A stretch of DNA of 40,335 nucleotides from Octopus bimaculoides (lineage: Eukaryota). Below, piece by piece: positions 10,701-22,686 of this stretch (position 1 is the stretch's first letter; each line of letters starts with the position of its first letter). Both the position numbers and the translations under genes were made by a program. The stretch covers positions 11,970,375 to 12,010,709 of the forward strand of contig NC_068986.1 in NCBI RefSeq assembly GCF_001194135.2, given 5' to 3'. The notes below the pieces were generated by a model. The model saw nothing but the letters and a program-made list of their open reading frames with translations. It was not told the DNA's origin and searched no databases.

Positions 10701-13700
10701 CTCTGTCTCTGTCTTTGTAGCCCCCCCCCACCCAATGTAAGTGAAATCAATTTTAATCTTCATCGCCTTCTTTCCACGCTTTCGAACTGTTCAAAAGTAA
10801 TATATTTGATATAATCATGTCAGTCATTTGATCGATGATGCACGATATGTGGAAACAATGTGTCTACAGATAGAAAGATTATTAAAAACTAAATACACGG
10901 GAAAATATTTATCTTTATTTGTAAACTTGTCTGTAATAACATGGAGGAAAAAATGACAAATAAAAAACGACTTCCCACATACTTCTATTGCATTTTATTG
11001 CTTGTGTCCCTTAAACAAATGTGGGCGGACGGATGACATGCCTTGATACACACGATAGCTGTGAGTAAGTTAAGAATGACAGCGAACATTTCTACATAGG
11101 GGTCACTCAATACTGAGACAAGTAAAATCTGCTGTACAGTTCAACTTAATTGGGACTTCAAAAATAGCTTGTCAGTTAAGTTATGATCAGAAAGACCTTA
11201 TAGAGAACTGGTCTGGCAAATTCCTTTTAGGATTAGTCTTACACTTGGAGGACTTGGAGAACTTCTCAAAAAACAAGACTGGTCTTGCAAAAGTCATTCA
11301 ATATTTTTTATAAATAAATAAATCCATTCATTATTGGCATAATGACCCTCCCGAAATAGAAAAAAAATTATATCCACTATTGTCATACAACTGTCTTTTA
11401 AATAAAAACATGAAAATGCAGATACACACACNNNNNNNNNNNNNNNNNNNNNNNNNNNNNNNNNNNNNNNNNNNNNNNNNNNNNNNNNNNNNNNNNNNNN
11501 NNNNNNNNNNNNNNNNNNNNNNNNNNNNNNNNNNNNNNNNNNNNNNNNNNNNNNNNNNNNNNNNNNNNNNNNNNNNNNNNNNNNNNNNNNNNNNNNNNNN
11601 NNNNNNNNNNNNNNNNNNNNNNNNNNNNNNNNNNNNNNNNNNNNNNNNNNNNNNNNNNNNNNNNNNNNNNNNNNNNNNNNNNNNNNNNNNNNNNNNNNNN
11701 NNNNNNNNNNNNNNNNNNNNNNNNNNNNNNNNNNNNNNNNNNNNNNNNNNNNNNNNNNNNNNNNNNNNNNNNNNNNNNNNNNNNNNNNNNNNNNNNNNNN
11801 NNNNNNNNNNNNNNNNNNNNNNNNNNNNNNNNNNNNNNNNNNNNNNNNNNNNNNNNNNNNNNNNNNNNNNNNNNNNNNNNNNNNNNNNNNNNNNNNNNNN
11901 NNNNNNNNNNNNNNNNNNNNNNNNNNNNNNNNNNNNNNNNNNNNNNNNNNNNNNNNNNNNNNNNNNNNNNNNNNNNNNNNNNNNNNNNNNNNNNNNNNNN
12001 NNNNNNNNNNNNNNNNNNNNNNNNNNNNNNNNNNNNNNNNNNNNNNNNNNNNNNNNNNNNNNNNNNNNNNNNNNNNNNNNNNNNNNNNNNNNNNNNNNNN
12101 NNNNNNNNNNNNNNNNNNNNNNNNNNNNNNNNNNNNNNNNNNNNNNNNNNNNNNNNNNNNNNNNNNNNNNNNNNNNNNNNNNNNNNNNNNNNNNNNNNNN
12201 NNNNNNNNNNNNNNNNNNNNNNNNNNNNNNNNNNNNNNNNNNNNNNNNNNNNNNNNNNNNNNNNNNNNNNNNNNNNNNNNNNNNNNNNNNNNNNNNNNNN
12301 NNNNNNNNNNNNNNNNNNNNNNNNNNNNNNNNNNNNNNNNNNNNNTATATATATATATATATATTTAAAACTCCATGTATACATACATACACATATATAC
12401 AGAAATATAATACATAAATACATAAATGCATATATACATATAGCACATATATACATACGCATGCGTACAAACACACATATATACTCACACGCATTCATAA
12501 GTATTCGTCTTGTATACAACTATAAACATGCAAACAACGATTCTCATTCGGGTTGTGTTGTGACATGTCGGAAGCGAAGGTGTCGCTGTTATTGTATTGA
12601 AAAGTATTGTCTCTAACTCCGAGTCACTGATCGCCATCATCCCACCAACCCAGCCCCACCACACACACTCACACTCACACTCACACTCACACAGGTGCGC
12701 GCGCACCATCGTACATTTGTTAGATTATCCGTCGTTGTCGATGATGACCAAGTATATCACATGGGAGAAATAAAACTGGGCAGTGTGTGTCCGGCTGTGT
12801 GCCCAACCAGTCCGATGCCTGCTCGGAAGTGCTCTTCCACTGGTCAAGCATTGGTCATCCGTTAGGACCGAAGGCAAGGAGTTGGCTCTGGGCTTGCGTT
12901 GTTGGCATTTTCTTTCTGGCCCATGGAATCCCGTCCTGTTCGCAGGCGGTGGAACCTCTGTTGGTCCAACTTCGCCAGCCAAGGCGAAACACATATACAC
13001 GCTAATATTGAGATACTCAGGATGCTTTTATTTCAATTTATCTTTCAATCTTTTCTCTAATCTTTTATGCAAATTATAAACTGTCCTCTTAATGTTTGCC
13101 TAATTTGATGTCCACGCGGCAAATAAAACAAATAAAAGTCATCGACATCAACACCATGATCATAATCGTTGTTGTTGTTGTTGCTGTTCTACTTCCTCCC
13201 CTTTTTTCTCCCTCCACCACTATTTCTCCTTACCCCTCGCTGGTCACGTGTCCAGTTACTTCTCTTCCTTTCATATCTTGGCTATCGCCAAGCTCGCACG
13301 AACTATTCTTCGTCTCTGTTCCTTTCAGTTCGTCGCTTCACAGCGTTCAGTATACACATATATTTTTCACGTCTGGCCGTATAGCCTTTCTTGTTCATTT
13401 TCACTGTTTCGTTTTCCTGTCTTGTTTTCTGTGCGCCACTACATTCTTCCACGGTACAAATTTAATTTGTGGTCCGTGGGAAGAGCCATTCTAACAATGC
13501 GTCCTGCCCTAACTCTTCGAAACGCTTAGTTTTAGAATGGTGGCAGCTGATGAAGGAAATGTTCTCTATGTGGCCTGTGTGTTTTCTGTACTCTGTTTAT
13601 CATTTTGTCCACGTTTTTTGCAACGTCCTGTACCCAGATATGCATCTATATACACATGTAGATGTAGGTATGTACATACATGNNNNNNNNNNNNNNNNNN

Positions 13701-13918
13701 NNNNNNNNNNNNNNNNNNNNNNNNNNNNNNNNNNNNNNNNNNNNNNNNNNNNNNNNNNNNNNNNNNNNNNNNNNNNNNNNNNNNNNNNNNNNNNNNNNNN
13801 NNNNNNNNNNNNNNNNNNNNNNNNNNNNNNNNNNNNNNNNNNNNNNNNNNNNNNNNNNNNNNNNNNNNNNNNNNNNNNNNNNNNNNNNNNNNNNNNNNNN
13901 NNNNNNNNNNNNNNNNNN

Positions 13919-14130
13919 TTTAAATTACAGGCACAACACAAACAGGAAGAAAGAGTGAGAGAAAGTTGTGGTGAAAGAGTACAGCAGGGTTCGCCACCAT
14001 CCCTGCCGGAGCCTTGTGGAGCTTTAGGTGTTTTCGCTCAATAAACACTCACAACGCCCGGTCTGGGAATCGAAACCGCGATCCTATGACCGCGAGTCAG
14101 CTACCCTAATCACTGGGCCATTGCGCCTCC

Positions 14131-14131
<1 letters not shown>
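13919..14131 (-). mobile_element. tRNA-headed SINE (second type), 3' part lost in gap
   Basis: The minus strand begins tggaggcgcaatggcccagtgattagggtagc... and has the B-box-like ggtttcgattccc. Confidence 0.75.
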
Positions 14132-14181
<50 letters not shown>

Positions 14182-14225
14182 AATGTATGAATGTAGGTAT
14201 ATGTGTATATATCTTTGCTCTTCCA

Positions 14226-14423
14226 GCGTCGCACACAATCGGTGTTGGTTTATTTATGCCCCCGTAATTTTGCGTTTCGGCTAAGAGACATATAGAATAC
14301 GTACCAGAATAAAAAATACAAAAATCAATAACTACTGTGGTCGATTTGTTCGACCACACCCTTCGAGGCGGTTACTCCAGCACGGCCACAGTCCAATAAC
14401 TGAAACAAGTAAAGATTAAAAGA
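14226..14423 (+). mobile_element. Diverged 3' half of the main SINE
   Basis: Aligns by eye to 16360-16539 (...ctccagcacggccacagtccaataactgaaacaagtaaag). Confidence 0.75.
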
Positions 14424-15071
14424 CTTGTATGTACAACCTATCACCGTTCGATTTATATTGATCGACTTCATGCAAAGGCCGCCAGTCTCTCGCATTAGAA
14501 ATAGTAACTTATGCTATCGCCTCAGGATGGTTGATTAACAGCCAAGCCCAGTTTTCAATGGACAACATTAAAGAAGGAAACCAAATCGAAAGGCATTTAC
14601 TATGAGGCGCTATTATTATTTCGAACAACTCTCCATATATCTGGTGTTAATTCAGTCTTTGAAGATTCTTCCCACGTTAACCAAGGGAAAAACCTATAAA
14701 ACAGGGCCATCTATTGAAATTACTTTTAATAAATATAGAAGCTTTTGTAATTAAACCTTTCTCCTCCGAGAAAAACAATTACAGCAACTTGAAAGAGACC
14801 TACCTCAGATTGGCTGTAAAGTGTCACTATGACGTTTGTGGACGTTTTTACTTTTCTTTCTTTCCGAAGAAGTGAAAGGAGGGAGGGTGGAGAGAAGAAG
14901 ATGTGAACGAGAGAGTGGCGGTGGGAACAAGCATCATGGGATAGAAGAACATTAGGAATATATATATATAAACACACACACACACACACACATGCATACA
15001 CACATGTACACACACATATACATATATATATATATATATATATACAAATATTATATATTTAGGTATATCTA

Positions 15072-15116
<45 letters not shown>

Positions 15117-16132
15117 NNNNNNNNNNNNNNNNNNNNNNNNNNNNNNNNNNNNNNNNNNNNNNNNNNNNNNNNNNNNNNNNNNNNNNNNNNNNNNNNNNNN
15201 NNNNNNNNNNNNNNNNNNNNNNNNNNNNNNNNNNNNNNNNNNNNNNNNNNNNNNNNNNNNNNNNNNNNNNNNNNNNNNNNNNNNNNNNNNNNNNNNNNNN
15301 NNNNNNNNNNNNNNNNNNNNNNNNNNNNNNNNNNNNNNNNNNNNNNNNNNNNNNNNNNNNNNNNNNNNNNNNNNNNNNNNNNNNNNNNNNNNNNNNNNNN
15401 NNNNNNNNNNNNNNNNNNNNNNNNNNNNNNNNNNNNNNNNNNNNNNNNNNNNNNNNNNNNNNNNNNNNNNNNNNNNNNNATATATATATATACATACATA
15501 CATATACATACACATATATACATATAATGGTAGTGGGTGGAGGGAAATGGGAAGATAAAAAGATGTCTGTGTCTGGGTGTGTAGGTGTTTTCATTGTATT
15601 CTTCACATGTAATTAAATCGAGTTAATAATACACCTGTTAGTAATTATTTCATTAATTGTACAGCTTGTAGAACAAGAGACGACAAGTTTCGGTGAATCA
15701 GGTTTACGACTCAGTTTCAAATCTGAGTCGATAAACCTTGCTTTGCGTGGCTTAATGCCTATTTAGAGAAGGGATTAGGCCTAAATCCCTTTCTCTTACT
15801 TATCTGAAGCTGCTTAAGGCCCACCAGTTCGCTTATAACATGAATATCACTGGAAAATGAATGACTATCACAGCTTCATACATGCTTTCTTATTTAAACG
15901 GACCTTTATGTCCAATCACAGAAAATATTTTTCTTAATTGACTTATTAGTATTTGGTCATATGGAGGATACACACATACACGCACACGCACACACACATA
16001 TATGTGTATGTATACACACATATACATACATATACATACATGCACACACTCACACTCATACACACACACACTCACACATATATATACATACGTACACTCA
16101 TATGTATATATATATATATGTATATATACATA

Positions 16133-16539
16133 GGCGTAGGAGTGGCTGTGTGGTAAGTAGCTTGCTTATGAACCACATGGTTCTGGGTTCAGTCCCACTG
16201 CGTGGCACCTTGGGCAAGTGTCTTCTACTATAGCCTCGGGCCGACCAAAGCCTTGTGATTGGATTTGGTAGACGGAAACTGAAAGCCCGTCGTATATATA
16301 TGTATATGTATATATTCGTGTGTGTGTGTTTGTGTGTCTATGTTTGTCCCCCCCCAACATCGCTTGACAACCGATGCTGGTGTGTTTACGTCCCTGTAAC
16401 TTAGCGGTTCGGCAAAAGAGACCGATAGAATAAGTACTAGGCTTCCAAAGAATAAGTCCTGGGGTCGATTAGCTCAACTAAAGGTGGTGCTCCAGCATGG
16501 CCGCAGTCAAATGACTGAAACAATTAAAAGAGTAAAAGA
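16133..16539 (+). mobile_element. Full-length main tRNA-derived SINE with internal (TA)/(TG) microsatellite
   Basis: A-box-like tggctgtgtgg (16143-16153), B-box gggttcagtccc (16185-16196), CORE-like accttgggcaagt, internal simple repeat, tail gactgaaacaattaaaagagtaaaag. Homologous pieces occur at 7341, 14226, 21497, 23847, 24850 and 37809. Confidence 0.92.
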
Positions 16540-17519
16540 TTACATATATATACATACATAAATATATACATACACGCATACATGCATACATAGATGCGTG
16601 CCTAGATATATATGTATACATACATATATAAGTACACACATGCATACACATATACATACATATATACATGTATATATGTATGTATATGTTTATATGTATA
16701 TATATGTATATATATACACATATATATATATACACATGAAAGAGATTACTTTGTAGGGTGGGGTTTAAAATGCACCCATGTGTCTTAAAAGAAATTATTG
16801 CTTAAAGATGTTTTTTAAAGAATTTATTAAAATACCATACCGGTTTCAACAAGGTTGGTTTTCAATGGCAATTGGACGAACAGCACGTTTTTCTCTCTCT
16901 CTGTCTGTCTCACTCTTTCTTTCTCTTTCTTTCTCTTTCTTTCACCTTCTCTCTCTCTCTTTATATATGTATATATGTATTTGTATATACATATATCACA
17001 TTTACATACCTACGTACGCACTGAATGTAAATATATAGTGTGTGAGTCTGTCTGCATGTATGTGCATATGTCTGCATGCATATACGTATAATTCCTTGTT
17101 GGTAAGCGAGTACGTTTCGTCTCCCTACGCTTCTGTACACATGTGCTTTGAAGAAATGAAAAATTATGATAAATCTATTTTGGCCTCGAATTTTATTGTG
17201 TATTCCACTGTGCGTATTCGTTCGGAATAAACTCACACACAGAGATACATTTATAGCATATACTCACACAACCCCTACACACATAAACATATTCATATCA
17301 TACTCCCACGTATATATACATATATACATTGATGCATATATAGATTGATATTTTCGTATCATACAGCCAAATACACACACACACACACACACACACATTC
17401 ACGATCGAATAAAGTTGTTATTTCCAGTGTTTGTAAGTAGCAGCGGTTTTATAAGAAGTTTTATACGTTGTATAAATGTGATATTTAATGGCTCGCCTTA
17501 CGCACTTGTTATGGCATTT

Positions 17520-17900
17520 GTGTATGTATACGATATATCTGTATGTATACAGTATGTGTGTATGTGTGTATGCATGTATGTAGGTGTGTATATGTATGTA
17601 TATATGTATGTATGTATGTATGTATGCATGTGTGTGTGTGTATGTATGTATGTATACATGTGTGTATGTGTGTGTGTATGTATATATGTATGTGTGTATG
17701 TATGTATGTATGTATGTATGTATGCATGTGTGTATGTGTGTATATGTATGTATGTATGTATGTATGTGTGTGTGCGTATGTATGCGTGTGTGTATGTATG
17801 TGGGTATGTATGTATGTATGTATGTGTGTCTATGTATGTATGTGTGTGTGTGTATGTATGTATGTATGTATGTATGTGTGTATGTGTGTGTGTGTAAGAG
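17520..17900. repeat. (TATG)n/(TG)n compound microsatellite
   Basis: Direct inspection. Confidence 0.95.
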
Positions 17901-18278
17901 AGAGGACGAAATAGAGAGTGAGAAGGGGCAGAGAGAGGGAGAGATAAAGGGAGGGAGACACAGCGAGAGGGAAAAAGAGGGAAGGTAAGAGTGACAGAGA
18001 AAAGGAGAGAGAGGAAAGAGAGAGAGAGAGAGAGGGAGAAGGAGTGAGAGGGAGAAAGATAGAAAGAAGGTAAGAATGTGTGTATGACATACCGTACATA
18101 TACAAGGTATTATATGTGTGTATGTCTGCGTGAATGTGTGTGTGTGTGTATGTGTGTGCGATAGAGGGGGAGAAGGTGCGAAAGAAAGAGAGATAGAAAG
18201 AAAAAGAGAGGGAGATGACGAGCTTGTGTGTATGACACAGTGTTCATATACAAAGTAGCTTATGTTTTTGCATGTATT

Positions 18279-18312
<34 letters not shown>

Positions 18313-19606
18313 TGTGTGTATGTATGTGTGTGTGTGTGTGTGTGTGTATGTGTGTGTGTGTAAGTGTGGTGGGATGTTCAAATATTCAATGGAGAATGTT
18401 TGTCTTTATTTTTGTTTAAATGAATATTTTCTCTTTCTTTTGTCACCTGAAAGAACGGACATGTTTTGTGAAGTATTTCTCTTCGTTATAACCACGAAAA
18501 ATGAAACGCGGTTATATTNNNNNNNNNNNNNNNNNNNNNNNNNNNNNNNNNNNNNNNNNNNNNNNNNNNNNNNNNNNNNNNNNNNNNNNNNNNNNNNNNN
18601 NNNNNNNNNNNNNNNNNNNNNNNNNNNNNNNNNNNNNNNNNNNNNNNNNNNNNNNNNNNNNNNNNNNNNNNNNNNNNNNNNNNNNNNNNNNNNNNNNNNN
18701 NNNNNNNNNNNNNNNNNNNNNNNNNNNNNNNNNNNNNNNNNNNNNNNNNNNNNNNNNNNNNNNNNNNNNNNNNNNNNNNNNNNNNNNNNNNNNNNNNNNN
18801 NNNNNNNNNNNNNNNNNNNNNNNNNNNNNNNNNNNNNNNNNNNNNNNNNNNNNNNNNNNNNNNNNNNNNNNNNNNNNNNNNNNNNNNNNNNNNNNNNNNN
18901 NNNNNNNNNNNNNNNNNNNNNNNNNNNNNNNNNNNNNNNNNNNNNNNNNNNNNNNNNNNNNNNNNNNNNNNNNNNNNNNNNNNNNNNNNNNNNNNNNNNN
19001 NNNNNNNNNNNNNNNNNNNNNNNNNNNNNNNNNNNNNNNNNNNNNNNNNNNNNNNNNNNNNNNNNNNNNNNNNNNNNNNNNNNNNNNNNNNNNNNNNNNN
19101 NNNNNNNNNNNNNNNNNNNNNNNNNNNNNNNNNNNNNNNNNNNNNNNNNNNNNNNNNNNNNNNNNNNNNNNNNNNNNNNNNNNNNNNNNNNNNNNNNNNN
19201 NNNNNNNNNNNNNNNNNNNNNNNNNNNNNNNNNNNNNNNNNNNNNNNNNNNNNNNNNNNNNNNNNNNNNNNNNNNNNNNNNNNNNNNNNNNNNNNNNNNN
19301 NNNNNNNNNNNNNNNNNNNNNNNNNNNNNNNNNNNNNNNNNNNNNNNNNNNNNNNNNNNNNNNNNNNNNNNNNNNNNNNNNNNNNNNNNNNNNNNNNNNN
19401 NNNNNNNNNNNNNNNNNNNNNNNNNNNNNNNNNNNNNNNNNNNNNNNNNNNNNNNNNNNNNNNNNNNNNNNNNNNNNNNNNNNNNNNNNNNNNNNNNNNN
19501 NNNNNNNNNNNNGATTGATGTATTTGTACAGTTTTTTAGTCTTTGCTCTCTGTTTAAATATTAACTTGAAAAAAAAAGAAAAACAGCCAGAATCACATCA
19601 ACGATT

Positions 19607-19673
<67 letters not shown>

Positions 19674-19691
19674 CACTACTGCTGCTGCTGC
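19607..19691. repeat. (TAC)n trinucleotide repeat grading into (TGC)n
   Basis: Direct inspection. Confidence 0.95.
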
Positions 19692-19720
19692 TCTTACTAT
19701 AAACAACTTCGTGATACCGT

Positions 19721-19936
19721 ATGATAACAGAGAGGATACTAAGGAAATTTTTAAAATGTGAAATGTCAGAATCTAACCAGGGAGAAATAAAGCGACGATT
19801 GTTCCTGGTAATCGATGCACTTGGCACAACACCCAAAACTGGGACTCGCATCGTCGGTCTACAGAGAAGTGCAATCCTGACTTCTGCAAGAATCCTAAGA
19901 AAGGTTCTTGAGATTTGAGAAGACATGCTCGCCGCC

Positions 19937-19937
<1 letters not shown>
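19721..19937 (+). mobile_element. 3' end of an RLE-type LINE (R4/Dong-like) followed by (TAA)n at 19938-20009
   Basis: Translates ...LVIDALGTTPK...LQRSAILTSARILRKVLEI*, matching the VIGALGxxP...LQKxALLGTARILRKVL C-terminus of RLE LINEs. Confidence 0.8.
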
Positions 19938-20006
<69 letters not shown>

Positions 20007-20011
<5 letters not shown>

Positions 20012-20235
20012 TCTCAATCGCAGAATAATGCTAATAATATAGCCTGAACAGGATAAACTACCTCTATTTTGCAGAGAAAAGTGTAGGTGGCTAGCTGTGC
20101 AAAGCATCGCGACGCGTAATCACGGGGATGTGAGTTCGAGTCCACAGCTAGTCACCTACACTTTTCTCTGCAAAATAGGGGTAGTTTATCCTGTTCAGGC
20201 TATATTATTAGCATTATTCTGCGATTGAGAATTTA
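20007..20235. mobile_element. Near-perfect fold-back element (93-bp arms) with a tRNA-like loop
   Basis: Arms 20007-20099 and 20143-20235 differ at only 2 positions. The loop contains gttcgagtcc (20134-20143). TA is present at both outer ends. Confidence 0.92.
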
Positions 20236-20337
20236 AAATCGCTTCTTAAACTTTCTAAAAGACATCTCAACGCATCTAAAAGCAAACTTCGTTTGTTTAT
20301 TTACGTTTGTCGTAATTTGAATTCAATAATAATAATG

Positions 20338-20368
<31 letters not shown>

Positions 20369-20413
20369 CAATAATAATAATAATAATAAGTATTATTATA
20401 ATAATAATGTGCG

Positions 20414-20676
20414 ACCATGAGATAGAGAATATTGCACCTAGAAAGTTACCCTCCGAGTCACAAGCCCGGACAAGGTTGTTTATGGAAGACCAGCAGTCGC
20501 CCATGCATAACTGCCTCCCCTATGTACACCACCGATGTTATCCAAGGGAAAGGGGCCGATACAACTTGGCACCAGTGATGTTGCAACTCATTTCTACAGC
20601 TGAGTAAACTGGAACAACACACAATCCGGGAATCGAACTCACTACCTCATGATTGTGAGCTTGACGCTCTAACCAA
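20414..20676 (-). mobile_element. tRNA-headed SINE (third type), internally deleted
   Basis: Minus-strand head ttggttagagcgtcaagctcacaatcatgaggtagtgagttcgattccc contains a B box. It is flanked by (AAT)n at 20325-20407. Confidence 0.75.
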
Positions 20677-21496
20677 ATTTTAGCCATTTCTCTGTAGACT
20701 GAAAAAAAAAAAAGATGATGAACAACCTTAATCGATTTTAGAACCGTATTGGGTTCTTTTCAGAGGGGACCACATCATTTTGACAATCTCTTAAAAAGAC
20801 CAAGCAGCCAAACTGTTTATATACTCAACAAATGCAGCAGTTACTCTATGAAGGAATCCCTAATTTGCATACCGAAAGTGTTTAACACTCTACACAGTAT
20901 CAAGGTATGATATAATAAATATGTAACATATGGTATAATTATAAACAGGGCAAATTTTAGCCATTTCTCTACAGGCTGAAAAAAATGATGAACATATATA
21001 TATANNNNNNNNNNNNNNNNNNNNNNNNNNNNNNNNNNNNNNNNNNNNNNNNNNNNNNNNNNNNNNNNNNNNNNNNNNNNNNNNNNNNNNNNNNNNNNNN
21101 NNNNNNNNNNNNNNNNNNNNNNNNNNNNNNNNNNNNNNNNNNNNNNNNNNNNNNNNNNNNNNNNNNNNNNNNNNNNNNNNNNNNNNNNNNNNNNNNNNNN
21201 NNNNNNNNNNNNNNNNNNNNNNNNNNNNNNNNNNNNNNNNNNNNNNNNNNNNNNNNNNNNNNNNNNNNNNNNNNNNNNNNNNNNNNNNNNNNNNNNNNNN
21301 NNNNNNNNNNNNNNNNNNNNNNNNNNNNNNNNNNNNNNNNNNNNNNNNNNNNNNNNNNNNNNNNNNNNNNNNNNNNNNNNNNNNNNNNNNNNNNNNNNNN
21401 NNNNNNNNNNNNNNNNNNNNNNNNNNNNNNNNNNNNNNNNNNNNNNNNNNNNNNNNNNNNNNNNNNNNNNNNNNNNNNNNNNNNNNNNNNNNNNNN

Positions 21497-21803
21497 GGAT
21501 TTGGTAGACGGAAACTGAAAGAAGCCCGTCGTATATATGTATATATATGTATATGTATGTGTATGTGTGTGTGTATATGTTTGTGTGTCTGTGTTTGCCC
21601 CCCCCCCCAAACATCGCTTAACAACCGATGCTGGTGTGTTTACGTCCCCCGTAACTTAGCGGTTCGGTAAAAGAGTCCGATAGAATAAGCACTAGGCTTC
21701 CAAAGAATAAGTCATGTGGTCGATTTGCTCGACTAAAAGGCGGTGCTCCAGCATGGCTGCAGTCAAATGACTGAAACAAGTAAAAGAGTAAAAGAGTAAA
21801 AAG
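21497..21803 (+). mobile_element. Main SINE, 5' end in gap
   Basis: Colinear with 16260-16539, including the internal microsatellite and the gagtaaaa tail repeats. Confidence 0.9.
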
Positions 21804-22203
21804 AAAGGAGGGAAACGGTAGGAAAAATTCGTAGAGTCCTGTTCGACGAGGTGTGGACAGCGCAAGTTCTAGGAACGGTAACATAAATAGAAGCAGCAGC
21901 GGGGCAATGACTTGTATTCGTCACAGTCTTAGTGACAGCAATGACAAGAAGGAGACCACCACCACCACCACCACCATTAGTAACAACAACAACAACAACA
22001 ACCACGCCAAGAAAAAGAAAGAAAACGAATAATTTAAACGCGCGAGGTGACGGGACGAACATAAACAGCAGCACCAACAACAGCAGCACCAATGCCAATA
22101 ACATGACAAGTTGTGTTTTTCCATTTAATACAGGCAACACCAGTTCTTAAAACATATAAATCCTCGAAAACATACAAAATAAATACACCACATTTCACAA
22201 GCC

Positions 22204-22248
<45 letters not shown>

Positions 22249-22251
<3 letters not shown>

Positions 22252-22465
22252 CATTCAGACAAATACATAACAAAAACACCAGGACTTACAAATATATATA
22301 ACATACAGAAAATTGCACTACTGGGTACTGCACACATTCTACGCAAAACACTTTCAATACAGTAAACATAAGAGCACCACAGCAAACCATAGCACATACC
22401 CAAGGCGCACAGAGCTGCGCTCGGTAGTGAAGTGAAAGCACGCTATAAAAATAAAACTACTGAAC
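22249..22465 (+). mobile_element. 5'-truncated RLE-type LINE (R4/Dong-like) embedded in (TAA)n
   Basis: In-frame KHSDKYITKTPGLTNIYNIQKIALLGTAHILRKTLSIQ* (22249-22365) is followed by a 3' UTR. (TAA)n lies on both sides (22204-22248 and 22466-22523). Confidence 0.85.
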
Positions 22466-22634
22466 AATAATAATAATAATAATAATAATAATAATTATAA
22501 TAATATATAATAATAATAATAATAGCAACACTGTTACAAACCAGAAGTACCACAAATATCTCCCTTCTCATCACTGCAGTTCGCACAGAATGCATTAAAA
22601 CAAGTCAACCCCCACCTCCACACAGACACACACA

Positions 22635-22686
<52 letters not shown>

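Noticed and set aside
11079-11323. ~80-codon stop-free plus frame
   Set aside because: It has no start codon, convincing splice sites or recognisable domain.
13480-13560. Hairpin (ccattcta/tagaatgg) followed by CTGATGA
   Set aside because: No stem II-GAAA-stem III follows the CTGATGA, so it is not a hammerhead; probably a decayed repeat end.
17421-17438. tttccAG-TGTTT-GTAAGT possible 5-nt microexon
   Set aside because: It is not frame-preserving, the pyrimidine tract is short, and no host gene is identified; plausible by chance.
20087-20156. Functional tRNA-Thr(CGT) gene
   Set aside because: The D arm/A box is truncated, U33 is replaced by G and the T stem is bulged; treated as tRNA-derived only.
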